Shown here piece after piece: positions 29,703 to 39,962 of a DNA stretch of 64,000 nt. The translations under genes and the position numbers were made by a program. The DNA is from an uncultured archaeon (GTDB lineage: Archaea; Iainarchaeota; Iainarchaeia; Iainarchaeales; JAAZKV01): positions 42,833 through 106,832 of the forward strand of contig CAZKBG010000001.1 in assembly GCA_964551375.1 (NCBI GenBank), given 5' to 3'. The stretch's first letter is position 1, and each line of letters starts with the position of its first letter. The notes beneath the pieces were generated by a model that was not told the DNA's origin, did not search any database, and worked only from the letters and a program-made list of their open reading frames with translations.

Positions 29703-31676
29703 TTAAATTTTAATTTTAAAAAACTCTTCAACTTCTTTCTCAGGCTCTTTAGTATGCACTGCGACAAAGTCTTTGGGATAAAATCTCTTGTACCTGTCCT
29801 CTCCAAACCTTTCATCAAGGAATACGCAAACCCCTCTGTCCGTTTCAGTTCTAATAACCCTTCCAGCCGCCTGCATTGCTTTATTTATTGCAGGGGCATT
29901 GTAAGCATAATCCCAACCTTTTCTAAACTTTTTTTCGCAGTAATTGATTAAAGCGTTTGAGTAAATATTCATTTTAGCAAAAGGAATTCCAACAATAATT
30001 GCGCAGCTTAAGTAATCTCCGGGAAAATCAAGCCCTTCCGCAATGCTTCCCCCGCTCACGGCAAGCAGCACTCCGCCAAAACCGCTTCCAAGAGTTTTGA
30101 ATTTATTCACAAGCTTGGTTTTCTCATCCTGCGTCATTTCCCTCTCCTGCTTTAACACCTGCCTTCTTGTTTTGAGAAGATTTGCGATAGAGTACATTAG
30201 TTCAAACGAAGGGAAGAATACAATAGTATTTCCAGGAACTTTTGAAACAATTTTATCAATCTCGTTTGCAATATCAAAGTACTGCGTAGAGCTTCTGGCA
30301 GTGTATTTAGTAGTGGTTTTAGTTGCGATTAAATTCAACCTGTTTTCTTTTGGAAAAGGGCTTTTGTATTCTTTAGTAATCACTTTTAGCGTGTCAAAAT
30401 TTTGCCCTTCAAGCTCCTGTTTGTGAATTGAAAGCGCAGTAGCCGCTCCAAGCGAATTATTTTTGAGCCCTGCTTCTTCCTGTTGTTTAGCGTTGAATTT
30501 AGAATTTAACTGGGTGACTCCAAAAACATCAGAAAACATCGCAAGCGGCAAGAGGGTTCCAGACATAAGCACTGCGGAATGAACCTGCGAGAGAACATTA
30601 CTTGTCATATCAGCAGGATCAAGCGGCTGAACGGTAATGGTGAGCGAGCCCTTTCTTTCAATAACAAAATGAGTATGCTCCTTTTCATTATGAATATCAT
30701 GCAAAAACTCATCCACTGCAAGCAGGTAACAGTTCTCGGTCTTATTTTTGTTCATGAATTTTGTAGACGCTTCGCTGATTTTTTCCCTTTCCATAAGCCC
30801 TACTTTTCTTAAAAATAGCAAATCAGTTCCTTCAAGCACCGCTTCATTTTTCTCAAGCGAAAGCTTTTTTCCAAGGTTAAGAATTTCTTTCCCAATATCC
30901 TTAATCAAAAACTCCATTTCAAAATCCCCCACATTTTTAGCTTCCTTCTCCGCTTTCTCAATTGCATTGAGGTCAATGCTTGTCGTCATCATATCCCTAA
31001 TTCTTTCAGGCATATTGTGGGCTTCATCCACCACAAGAACTATGTCCTCAAGTGCAAGTTCGCTTGGGCCAAGTATTCCTTCCCTGATTTCAGGGTGGAA
31101 TAAGTGAGAATAATCTCCAATAACTAAATTAGCTCCCTTAATCATTTCAAGCGTGATTTCATAAGGGCAAAGCCCCTTGAATTGGCAAGTATCTTTCATA
31201 TAAGCGTAAGAATTATTGTAAGACTGCAAAATCTCCCTTTTTCTTCTATGCGCAATCGCTTTTTGCTTTGGAGAAAACCCTTTAGTGTTATTATAGTAAC
31301 TGCACGCCTTGTCCTTTTTCTTTTTCGCGCATGCTTCATAAAACCCCATTCCCACTCTTGAAATAAAAGAATCCACGCACATCTGCTTTCTTCCCACAAG
31401 ATCCACCGCTTTAATTCCAAGCTGGAATTTTGAATTCATCAAATTCGCAGTTTCAAGAACAATTTCGTGCTGGGAAATTTTAGGAGTGAGAAAGAAAACC
31501 TTTTTGTTATTATCAAGCGCATAGCTAAGCGCAGGCGCTAATGAAGAAACGGTTTTTCCTAGGCCAGTCGGGGCATGCGCAAGAAAAATCTTCTGCTTTG
31601 AAACAGCGTGGCTGACATCTTTTACAAGTTCCTGCTGCTCTGCCCTTACTTTTTCATAAGGAAAATAAACCTTCAT
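29703..31676 (-). CDS. xpd: XPD/Rad3-family ATP-dependent 5'-3' DNA helicase (FeS-cluster helicase)
   Basis: MKVYFPYEKVRAEQ...HAPTGLGKT (Walker A), four-Cys FeS module (C..C..C..C between motifs I and II), VVDEAHNM (DEAH), QAAGRVIRTETDRG (motif VI). Confidence 0.8.
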   Translation of the reverse strand: MKVYFPYEKVRAEQQELVKDVSHAVSKQKIFLAHAPTGLGKTVSSLAPALSYALDNNKKVFFLTPKISQHEIVLETANLMNSKFQLGIKAVDLVGRKQMCVDSFISRVGMGFYEACAKKKKDKACSYYNNTKGFSPKQKAIAHRRKREILQSYNNSYAYMKDTCQFKGLCPYEITLEMIKGANLVIGDYSHLFHPEIREGILGPSELALEDIVLVVDEAHNMPERIRDMMTTSIDLNAIEKAEKEAKNVGDFEMEFLIKDIGKEILNLGKKLSLEKNEAVLEGTDLLFLRKVGLMEREKISEASTKFMNKNKTENCYLLAVDEFLHDIHNEKEHTHFVIERKGSLTITVQPLDPADMTSNVLSQVHSAVLMSGTLLPLAMFSDVFGVTQLNSKFNAKQQEEAGLKNNSLGAATALSIHKQELEGQNFDTLKVITKEYKSPFPKENRLNLIATKTTTKYTARSSTQYFDIANEIDKIVSKVPGNTIVFFPSFELMYSIANLLKTRRQVLKQEREMTQDEKTKLVNKFKTLGSGFGGVLLAVSGGSIAEGLDFPGDYLSCAIIVGIPFAKMNIYSNALINYCEKKFRKGWDYAYNAPAINKAMQAAGRVIRTETDRGVCVFLDERFGEDRYKRFYPKDFVAVHTKEPEKEVEEFFKIKI

Positions 31677-31778
31677 TTAAGAGAGAAAGTTAAGCGGGTT
31701 TTTAAGTGTTGCTGGGGCACTGTGCCGATTTAGTTTAGTTGTTCGCTTTGTTTATTTTCTTTGATTTTTGCTTGTTAA

Positions 31779-32345
31779 TTATTTATTTTTATAATGCGCT
31801 TCAATATCCCAAGAGCTCCAAGCAAGGCACTCTTTGTCACTAAATCCCAATTTTTTTGCCAATTGATGAACCGCTTTAATGCTTGGCCCCTCAATTTCCA
31901 AAAAACACGGCACAAATCTGTGCTTTCCAAGGTACTTTTCAATTTCAACATGACTTTTTCCTAACTTCCAGCTGGTTCTGTTCTTATCCATGCCGCCGAT
32001 TTTCACAAGCCCAAGCGCAGTGAAGATTTTTTGCATATCTTCAAAGCTTCCAATTTCAAATTCAGTTTCTTCAGCAGTTTTTGCTTTTGCGCTCTTGTGC
32101 TTTTGATGTTTATGAGTAAGAACGCACTGCACTTTGCCCTTAGTGTCAGTCATTTTTCTTAATCTTAGTATTTGCTTGTTTTTCTTTAATCTCCTGTCAG
32201 GGTAATCCATAATAATTGCTTCAATTTTTCCTTCAAATGCTTTTTTAGCCCCAAGTTTTGCAAGCCTAGCCTCAACTTTTTTTTTATTAATCTCAATTAT
32301 CTTAACTTCAATCTCTTTCATAATCTCACATTCATTTCCATTCAA
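31779..32345 (-). CDS. CYTH-domain protein (triphosphate tunnel metalloenzyme family)
   Basis: N-terminal EIEVKIIEI and C-terminal EIE acidic triads; size ~180 aa; the start may be the internal Met (MKEIEVK) at 32321. Confidence 0.55.
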   Translation of the reverse strand: MNGNECEIMKEIEVKIIEINKKKVEARLAKLGAKKAFEGKIEAIIMDYPDRRLKKNKQILRLRKMTDTKGKVQCVLTHKHQKHKSAKAKTAEETEFEIGSFEDMQKIFTALGLVKIGGMDKNRTSWKLGKSHVEIEKYLGKHRFVPCFLEIEGPSIKAVHQLAKKLGFSDKECLAWSSWDIEAHYKNK

Positions 32346-32390
32346 TTAATGCTCAATTAAGCTTTAATATTTCCGTTTCATATTCTAACC

Positions 32391-33158
32391 ATGCCAAACA
32401 CAATAAGCGGTTTTGAGTTTATGTCTAATCCCATAGGCATTACAAAAAAAGCTCTTTTAAATTTGCCAAACGACGCTTCAGCATTGATAATATTAATTTC
32501 AAATCTTCTTTTCATAATAGTTGCCGTGCTTCAAAACGTTTCCCTTCAGGAAGTATGGCTGGTATATTGGTGCCAGAGCATCATAATAGGATTTTTTGCG
32601 CTTCTTAGGATGCTTACTTACAAACTGAAATCAGATTCTTCAAAAGTTAGTGGAATGAAGGAAGTATCAAGGATTTTTATTGCAGGATTCTTTGTTTTCC
32701 ACTACGGTTTCTTTCATTTTGTGTATTTAATGTTCATAGGATTCTCATTTATTTCCTCTGCATTTATGGATGTCTTCACGTCACCCGGCACTATTGTTGA
32801 TGCCGCGAGCACTGCCCAGTTTGCAGGGCCAAACATGATGCTTGTATTTTTAGGAGCAGTAATTTTCTTTTTTGCGCACTTGATTTCATTTATTCTAAAT
32901 TTTGCAAAAGACAACCAGAAAGAATGGGACTTAGGCGAACTGATGTTTGCGCCTTATTCAAGAATAATCCCAATGCATATTTCAATAATTGCCGCAGGAT
33001 TTATCGCAATGTTCCTTGGGATACCTCTGTCTTTAATGTTTGGAGCATCAGGGGCAAGAGCAGTTGAAGTTGTAATAATAGTATTTTTCCTTGGATTAAA
33101 GGTAGTTCTTGATTTGACTTCGCATGACTCTGCTCACCGCTTGGAGCATAATATTTAA
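32391..33158 (+). CDS. multi-pass membrane protein (255 aa)
   Basis: Six or more hydrophobic helices. Confidence 0.5.
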   Translation: MPNTISGFEFMSNPIGITKKALLNLPNDASALIILISNLLFIIVAVLQNVSLQEVWLVYWCQSIIIGFFALLRMLTYKLKSDSSKVSGMKEVSRIFIAGFFVFHYGFFHFVYLMFIGFSFISSAFMDVFTSPGTIVDAASTAQFAGPNMMLVFLGAVIFFFAHLISFILNFAKDNQKEWDLGELMFAPYSRIIPMHISIIAAGFIAMFLGIPLSLMFGASGARAVEVVIIVFFLGLKVVLDLTSHDSAHRLEHNI

Positions 33159-33192
33159 ACAAAGGTTGAAGCATTATATAACTGGTAAATTT

Positions 33193-33690
33193 ATGCCTAA
33201 TCCTCCATCAAGAAGAAGTGTTCGCAAATCGATTACCCGCCCGCTTCCAAAAGGAATGCCTAACGCAGAAAAACTTGCAATCCTTCGCGAGCGAGTGAAA
33301 ACTGCAAGAGAACTTGCAAAATCCCCGCGTCCTCTTCCTCCAAAAATGATTGTTGCTGCCCTTGCTGCGCGCGGAAAATTAGGCGTTAGTTTTGCTGATA
33401 GAAGAATAAGCGATGTGATGCGAATCGCCCAAGGGAAGAAACCTTATGCTGGAGTAGCAAAGGCGCTTGTGAAGATTTGGAAATGGCAAAGAGACGGCAG
33501 AAATGAAATGATTCTTGAAGACCATAGAATACTTACTCAAATAGCAAATAAACTCAGAAAAGCTGAGCGCCCAAGCTCAAAAAAATCCCCTCTTCCTCTG
33601 ACAACAAGAGAGAAAAAAGTTTTGCGTGATTATTTGCTCAGGCTTGACAAAAGCGGAAAAAATCCTGAGTTTGACTTGTCAGGCGATTAA
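33193..33690 (+). CDS. basic hypothetical protein
   Basis: ORF 33124..33690; ATG at 33193 (MPNPPSRR) avoids overlap with the preceding gene. Confidence 0.4.
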   Translation: MPNPPSRRSVRKSITRPLPKGMPNAEKLAILRERVKTARELAKSPRPLPPKMIVAALAARGKLGVSFADRRISDVMRIAQGKKPYAGVAKALVKIWKWQRDGRNEMILEDHRILTQIANKLRKAERPSSKKSPLPLTTREKKVLRDYLLRLDKSGKNPEFDLSGD

Positions 33691-33823
33691 AAGTAAAGCT
33701 AAATTAATAAAATCAAAGCTAAAGTCAAGTCTAAATCCAAGCGCTGATTTTTTGTTAAAAATATTTGTTGATTAAAGCAAAACTGCTTTAATCAAATTAA
33801 AAAGTTTGAATTGTTTTTTCTAT

Positions 33824-34204
33824 TCAATCAATTCTTACTGTAAGTTCTTTTACTTTTTTGCTTTGAACGTACTGATAAGAGCCGTTGTAGTGCTCCGCAA
33901 CAAGGATTGTAATAGTCTCCACTCCTCTGTCAGCATTAGCCGCAGGGTAAACGTGGTAATAATCCCTGATTCTTTCGCCCGGTTTAAATGAGTCAATTTT
34001 CTTGGTTATTACTCTCATTCTTCCGCCTTTATCAAAAGCAAGCATGTCTCCCCCTCCGATTTCAAGGGAAACCATTTGTACCTTATTTGAGCCATTAACA
34101 AGCTCAATCATTAACTCCAAAGGCTCTCTTCTGGAAAGAACCATTCTAAAGGGAATTAATTCAGCCTTAACATCTATCATAACTACCACCGAAAAGTTAT
34201 ACAC
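33824..34204 (-). CDS. hypothetical protein (126 aa)
   Basis: ORF only. Confidence 0.4.
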   Translation of the reverse strand: MYNFSVVVMIDVKAELIPFRMVLSRREPLELMIELVNGSNKVQMVSLEIGGGDMLAFDKGGRMRVITKKIDSFKPGERIRDYYHVYPAANADRGVETITILVAEHYNGSYQYVQSKKVKELTVRID

Positions 34205-34326
34205 TTAATACAAGGGTGGTTATTAAACATTTCCCCTTTGGAAAAAACAAAACTAAAGTTATGTATTAGTCTTGCCTGTGGGGCTGTTTGCAAAACTATT
34301 TATTTGCAAAAGTGCTAATGGTAAAC

Positions 34327-34479
34327 ATGGCTAAATCAAATAAGTTGTCAAAAAATCAAATGATTGCGGTTGCACTCTTAATCGCTCTTGCGTTGCAATA
34401 CGTTCCAGTAGTTAATGCGCTTTCCATAATAGGCTCGTTAATTGTTCTTGGAGCAGCAGTTTATTTATTGATTAAGTGA
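34327..34479 (+). CDS. small membrane protein (~50 aa)
   Basis: MAKSNKLSKNQMIAVALLIALALQYVPVVNALSIIGSLIVLGAAVYLLIK: two hydrophobic segments. Confidence 0.3.
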   Translation: MAKSNKLSKNQMIAVALLIALALQYVPVVNALSIIGSLIVLGAAVYLLIK

Positions 34480-34541
34480 ATAGGCAGGCATAATTTTTTC
34501 TGCCTGCATTAGTTTTTATTAAGAAAAGCTGGTATTATTTT

Positions 34542-35558
34542 ATGGCTGATGAGCAAAACCCAGTGCGTGTTTCAAAAAATGAAAAGTACCGCGGAAAAGT
34601 TGTTCAGTTTAGAAACAAAAAAGCTCACCGCGAAGTAATGTCCACTCATTATTCCCTTGATGAGTTATTCGGATTTTATAACGCAATGTTTCACACTTAT
34701 CGAGATATTTATGCGCAGCGCTCCGATGCAATAGTATCTCCTTTGCGCGGTTCGGAGCCTTTAGTGAAATCAGTAAAACTTGTTGCAGGGCTTGAAGGGC
34801 ATTCAAGCGCGCTCCCAAAAGTGTATTATCCAAAAGTGGGGCAGGTAAATTATGGAAAATACTCTGGCGGAGTAATTCCTCACATAGGGGGAGATTATGC
34901 GGTAACCCACAATCAGGTGGAAACAGAGCAAAAGAAAGAAATGAACAGAATTGTTGAAGGGGTATTTAGAGACGCTCATTATCCAAAGCATCCTAAAAAA
35001 AGAATTCTAATCACAGTGCTTGATGAAGTATACAGCGGGGGTTCAATTTCAAAAAATGTCCAGCTGCTAGAGGAAGCTCTTCAGGAAGTAACCACAAAGA
35101 GATTAAAAAAAGGGGGAAAAGTTCCTACTGTTTATATTAGAGTAATTGCAATTGCAAACAAAAATTCTTACCGCTGCAAAGAGTACCGCTCGCTTCTTTC
35201 AAGAGGGATAGTAAAAGAATTTGTTGTTCCAAAACTTTTTACCACTGATTCCCCGCATTTTTTGTATCCTTTGGTAAAAGAAAGGGCATCGGGAAAATTC
35301 CAGTGGCTTAGAAGAGAAAAACCAGTTAAATTAGCTCTTACAAGAAAATCAATTGACGGGCGCTCAACTTTGTTTGAAGATTTAGCGTCAATTCACCAGT
35401 TAAGAAAACACTGGGGTGTAAAAGACGCGCAGGGATTTAAGCACATGGCAATGCACACTCAAAGAGAGGTTGCTCTTTTAATGCTTCCAAGACTTCAAAA
35501 ACGTGCTTATGCGGGCTTTGCAAGAGATATTGGAAGAATTTCAAGATTCAAAAGATAA
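34542..35558 (+). CDS. hypothetical protein with phosphoribosyltransferase-like PRPP-binding motif
   Basis: RILITVLDEVYSGGSI resembles the type I PRTase signature (four hydrophobic residues, D-[DE], hydrophobic, x, [ST]-G-G-[ST]); otherwise unrecognised. Confidence 0.4.
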   Translation: MADEQNPVRVSKNEKYRGKVVQFRNKKAHREVMSTHYSLDELFGFYNAMFHTYRDIYAQRSDAIVSPLRGSEPLVKSVKLVAGLEGHSSALPKVYYPKVGQVNYGKYSGGVIPHIGGDYAVTHNQVETEQKKEMNRIVEGVFRDAHYPKHPKKRILITVLDEVYSGGSISKNVQLLEEALQEVTTKRLKKGGKVPTVYIRVIAIANKNSYRCKEYRSLLSRGIVKEFVVPKLFTTDSPHFLYPLVKERASGKFQWLRREKPVKLALTRKSIDGRSTLFEDLASIHQLRKHWGVKDAQGFKHMAMHTQREVALLMLPRLQKRAYAGFARDIGRISRFKR

Positions 35559-35660
35559 AATTTGAATACTAATGTTTTGGCTGGTCGCCCTGCAATTTTA
35601 TATACTTCCTCAACACTAAAAGTTAAAGGGAAAACTCTTTTTCCTTTTTTGGTGGTTTAG

Positions 35661-36140
35661 TTGGCAGAAATAATCCCTGAAGCAGAATTAATTAGGCGAG
35701 AATTTATAGTGAGGCAGATTGACCTCCCAGCTTCAGTAACTTTAACAAAAAAATCGCTTCTAAGATGGTGCTGTCTCTCGCTTGGCTTAATTTCCCCAAA
35801 AGAAACCCGCGACAAGGGATTTTTAGTATTTGACGCGCTCTTTACATTTATCTTTACAAAAAAACAATCTCCCACCACAATTGAAATAATGGATTTTATT
35901 AAAGAAAAAAACTCCGTTGAAATGAGCGAAAAATTAATCCGCTACCACTTAAACCGCTTAATTGAACTTGGGGTGATTAAAAGAGACGGACTTACATATT
36001 TAATAAATCCTTCTCCTACTTCAGAATCCCGAACTTCAATAAAAGAATCCTACAAATCTTGGGCGAAAAAACAGCTTGAGGAAGAAATGGACAAAATCAG
36101 CGAAGCGCTTGACAAACTACAAAAAAGCTATGAAAAATAG
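35661..36140 (+). CDS. putative winged-helix DNA-binding protein
   Basis: MDFIKEKNSVEMSEKLIRYHLNRLIELGVIKRDG looks wHTH-like; TTG start; sits immediately upstream of the platform/pilin locus. Confidence 0.4.
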   Translation: MAEIIPEAELIRREFIVRQIDLPASVTLTKKSLLRWCCLSLGLISPKETRDKGFLVFDALFTFIFTKKQSPTTIEIMDFIKEKNSVEMSEKLIRYHLNRLIELGVIKRDGLTYLINPSPTSESRTSIKESYKSWAKKQLEEEMDKISEALDKLQKSYEK

Positions 36141-36264
36141 GATTTGTTTTAACCTTCGCAGGTTTTTTGCCTGCAATTTTTTAGCGTTTTAGTTTAAGGT
36201 TTTTCTTTCTAATTACCTTTTTATAGTAAAAGATTGTATTATTCTTGGAAAAATTGGTGTTGTT

Positions 36265-38703
36265 TTGCCTCCTCTAAAAAAAATGAGTTATGAAGCCAGC
36301 CCCGGCGAACTCTATAAAGGAATAACCTCAACAGGCGAAGTTTTTGAAGGCGAAACAAAGCTTGTGATGGAAAAAGACCCTGAATTTGTTATTCTTTGCA
36401 AAAAAATGTATAAAACTTTTCCCGGATTTGGAGCGGGAGCAAAATTTCCTGAAGAACATTTAGAAGCAGTGCGATTTCTTGGGTGGCGCTTATCTCCTCA
36501 AGAATTTATGGCGGCAGTAAAAGGAACCGCAGTAATAGGAGGAGTGGGCGGATTTATTGCACTCATTGTTTTAGCATTTGTAGGACTAAGCATTGATTTA
36601 GGAATTGGCTCCCCAATAGGACTTGGATTGTTCAGTGAAATGCTCGGCGATTTTGCAATGGTAATAATTCTCGCAGGAGGAGTAGTCCTTTTTGGAATTG
36701 TGGGCGCAATTGCATACACAATTTATGTAACTCCAATAAACATGGCTGAGGATGAAAGAACAAGAGCGCTTACGTATGTTCCCGAAATGATTGGATATTT
36801 AATAATGTCAATGAAACTTGTTCCAAATTTAGAAAAAGCAATTGAATTCTCCGCAAAGCACGGAAAAGGAAAAGTTGCGGACGATTTTAACAAAGTTATT
36901 TGGGATTTTCAGAACGGATTTTACTCCTCAATCAGCGAAGGGCTTGACGCAATGGCTTTTAGATGGGCAAAGTACTCCGTTGAACTAAAAGAAGCTTTAA
37001 TGAAAATAAGGGCAAGTGTAATGGAGCCAAGCGAATCAAAAAGATATTCTCTTTTAGACAAAACAATGCTTGATGTTCTTGACAGTGTTAAGGATAAAAT
37101 GGGGGATTATGCAAGAAGCTTAAACCAGCCATCAGTAATGCTGTTCTATATTGGAGTCTTGCTCCCTTTATTACTTGTAATAATTCTTCCAGTGGGCTCA
37201 GCATTTTCAAACATGCCATTTGCAACAACCCCAATTCTTGTTGGAATTTACTGTTTCATGATTCCTTTCATGGCATTTAGCTTTGCAAAAGGAGTGATTA
37301 AGAAAAGGCCTCCTACTTACGAGCCTCCAGTTATTACCGATAATTTTGCAGGACTTCCGCCAAAATGGTCAATGAAACTTGGCGGGGGAATGATTGACGC
37401 GCGTCTTGCAGTAATAGGAATATTAATTTTAGGAATAGCAGGCTCTTTTATTATTTCATTTGAAGGAATTCCTCCAAAGCATTTATTTCCAATAGAAGAT
37501 GGAATATTCCAAGTTCCAATCCAAATAATTCCAGCAGATCCACAGCCAGATGAACTTTACAAAGATTTTTTAGGCGGAAAGAATTATTTTGAAAAAGTTG
37601 TGCTTGATTTGTACGCATTTCAAATAGGCGAAGGATTTGGCGGAGGATTAAAAGAAGGGGAAAGATACAAACAGTTGATTAAAGAACAAGTATCTCCAGT
37701 AGCAGCAGAAATTCAAGTAGTAAAAGAACGTCTTGATTTTACTTCAAAATCAGCAAGAAACGATCCAACAAAATATGTGTTCTGGGCAGGGCTTATTTTA
37801 ACAATCGCATGCGCTGGAAGCTTCCTTTTGTATCATAGAAATATTTACAAACTCAAAGCGCAGGAGCAAATTGTTCAAATGGAAGATGAATTCAAAGAAT
37901 CAATGTACATGATTGCTTCAAGAATGGGGGAGAACAAGCCAGTTGAAAGCGCATTAAAGCAGGCAAAAGAATATTTGCCAAACCTCTTAGTCAGCAAAAG
38001 AATTTTTGGAAAAACCGTTGAAAATATTGAGCTTATGGGACTCCCTCTTGAGAACGCAGTGTTTGACCCGGTGTATGGAGCAATGCGCGGAATTCCCTCA
38101 AAAATTTTAACCACCGCAATGCGACTGCTTGTTGATTCAGTAACTCTTGGAGTGGAAGTTGCGTCAAGAACCCTAATGTCACTCTCGCTTCAAATGGAAA
38201 ACATGGACAAGGTAAACAAATCCCTAAAAGACATGGTTTCGGATGTAACAACCACTATGTCCACTATGGCGATTTTTATTGCGCCAATGGTTCTTGGGAT
38301 AACTACCGCGCTTCAAAAAGTTGTGCTAAATACACTTGGTAGTGTAGTATCCTCTCCGTCTCTTGAAGCAACAGGAAGCGTTGGAGACATTAGCGGGGGA
38401 GCAGGAAGCCAAATCCTTCAATCCACTGGCCTTGGCGGAGGAATGGGGGATATTAACAGTATTTTCAGCGTGAGTATAGATGCTTTCCGCTCATTTGCAA
38501 CTCCTCTTGAATACATGCTGATAATTGGAACATACGTTGCAATGATAGTAATAATTCTAACTTATTTCACTGTGAAAATAAAAGAAGACAATGACTTGAT
38601 ATTTAGAGTAACTCTTGCAAAACAACTTCCAATCGCAATGGCGGTTTACTTATTCACAACCGTTGCTGCAAATTTAATGGTTGGAGGATTGATGTCAAGG
38701 TAA
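36265..38703 (+). CDS. FlaJ/PilC/TadC-like polytopic platform protein (812 aa) with two T2SSF-like cytoplasmic domains
   Basis: Two helical cytoplasmic domains (…KAIEFSAKHGKGKVADDFNKVIWDFQNGFYSSISEGLDAMAFRW… and …SALKQAKEYLPNLLVSKRIFGKTVENIELMGLPLENAVFDPV…), each flanked by TM helices, as in T2SSF platform proteins; TTG start. Confidence 0.5.
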   Translation: MPPLKKMSYEASPGELYKGITSTGEVFEGETKLVMEKDPEFVILCKKMYKTFPGFGAGAKFPEEHLEAVRFLGWRLSPQEFMAAVKGTAVIGGVGGFIALIVLAFVGLSIDLGIGSPIGLGLFSEMLGDFAMVIILAGGVVLFGIVGAIAYTIYVTPINMAEDERTRALTYVPEMIGYLIMSMKLVPNLEKAIEFSAKHGKGKVADDFNKVIWDFQNGFYSSISEGLDAMAFRWAKYSVELKEALMKIRASVMEPSESKRYSLLDKTMLDVLDSVKDKMGDYARSLNQPSVMLFYIGVLLPLLLVIILPVGSAFSNMPFATTPILVGIYCFMIPFMAFSFAKGVIKKRPPTYEPPVITDNFAGLPPKWSMKLGGGMIDARLAVIGILILGIAGSFIISFEGIPPKHLFPIEDGIFQVPIQIIPADPQPDELYKDFLGGKNYFEKVVLDLYAFQIGEGFGGGLKEGERYKQLIKEQVSPVAAEIQVVKERLDFTSKSARNDPTKYVFWAGLILTIACAGSFLLYHRNIYKLKAQEQIVQMEDEFKESMYMIASRMGENKPVESALKQAKEYLPNLLVSKRIFGKTVENIELMGLPLENAVFDPVYGAMRGIPSKILTTAMRLLVDSVTLGVEVASRTLMSLSLQMENMDKVNKSLKDMVSDVTTTMSTMAIFIAPMVLGITTALQKVVLNTLGSVVSSPSLEATGSVGDISGGAGSQILQSTGLGGGMGDINSIFSVSIDAFRSFATPLEYMLIIGTYVAMIVIILTYFTVKIKEDNDLIFRVTLAKQLPIAMAVYLFTTVAANLMVGGLMSR

Positions 38704-38777
38704 AGCAGATTACTGCTTGAATGCCTTGGCACTTAACTAATTAAAATTAAATGAAGTTTTGATTTTGAGGGGATGAA

Positions 38778-39260
38778 TTGGATAACAAAGGACAGGCAGA
38801 AGCAGTATTCCGCCTTATGATTGACTCAATAATTGGGCTTGCAATTTTAATGATAATAATAGCATCAATAGGCTACTTTGATGAACTAAGATTTATCCAG
38901 TCAACTTCTGATTTTAAACAGCTTGTAAAAGATGCAGTAAATTCTCCTGATGGGACTCTTCTCTCCGCAAAAGAATTAACATTTAAAGACGGCGCAGGAT
39001 TTGCAGCGGATGACTTTGAAGGATACACAGTAGTAAACAGAAAATGCTTCTCCTTTTTCTCTTCCTTTGCTTCAGTTGAAGTATCAGATGATGCCCAAGC
39101 AGTGCTCTTCAAACAAAGGCTCATTGCTTCGGTAAGCGCAAGGTGCATTCCAAATGCAGCAGCATCTTCATGCATATCAAGCGTTGATGCTGAAATAACT
39201 TCAGACAGCGACTGCTGCTTTAAGTGCGAAATATACTTTGGCAGAGTTCCTCAAAATTAA
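38778..39260 (+). CDS. pilin-like protein with class III signal peptide
   Basis: MDNKGQ|AEAVFRLMIDSIIGLAILMIIIA. Confidence 0.5.
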   Translation: MDNKGQAEAVFRLMIDSIIGLAILMIIIASIGYFDELRFIQSTSDFKQLVKDAVNSPDGTLLSAKELTFKDGAGFAADDFEGYTVVNRKCFSFFSSFASVEVSDDAQAVLFKQRLIASVSARCIPNAAASSCISSVDAEITSDSDCCFKCEIYFGRVPQN

Positions 39261-39358
39261 TCTTAATTGGATTAAAACCCTTAATTGCCCGCCAAAAAAG
39301 GCAAGTTTAAATACTTCAAAGTTCTTTTTCCTAAAGTGAATTCCTAAGGGGGATTATA

Positions 39359-39895
39359 ATGTTTAAGTTGAACCAGAAAGGACAGCAGTTCAGTGTTTTT
39401 GAGCTGATGATTGCGGGTATTGTAGCTTTTGCAATCTTGATGCTTTTACTCACAATAATAATGAAAGTTGATATCGGTGGACAGGGCGGAAATCCAAAAT
39501 CAGTAATTGAAAACGGAATTTCAAGCGCATTGCCATCATCAACAATAACAACAAATAATTTTACAATGAAAGCCGGAGATGAAGTGACTTCGGAGGATTT
39601 GATAAACAAAACAGGGCTTGATGCTTCAAGAATATACTTTGTCGCAGGTCAAATGAAGCTTGATACAGATGTAACAATAGTAGAACTCGACGACGGCGGA
39701 GCATCTTTAACAAACAAACGCTCAGGCGATTTAAGAGTTAGAGCAAAAGTAATTTGCAAAGCAAATGGACTTTCAGTTGCAGGCGCTCTTGAGAGACTAG
39801 GAGACAAATATGATGTTTCTTCATTTTCTGATAGCATGTGCGAAGAAGACAATCAGTCATGCTGTGTAGTAGTGCTTGAAAAACCAGGCAACTAA
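39359..39895 (+). CDS. pilin-like protein with class III signal peptide
   Basis: MFKLNQKGQ|QFSVFELMIAGIVAFAILMLLL. Confidence 0.5.
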   Translation: MFKLNQKGQQFSVFELMIAGIVAFAILMLLLTIIMKVDIGGQGGNPKSVIENGISSALPSSTITTNNFTMKAGDEVTSEDLINKTGLDASRIYFVAGQMKLDTDVTIVELDDGGASLTNKRSGDLRVRAKVICKANGLSVAGALERLGDKYDVSSFSDSMCEEDNQSCCVVVLEKPGN

Positions 39896-39962
39896 AGAGT
39901 TTTTTTGAATAGAAAAGAAGTATTATATACTTCTTTTCACTATTTCTTTTTGAGAGATTAAA

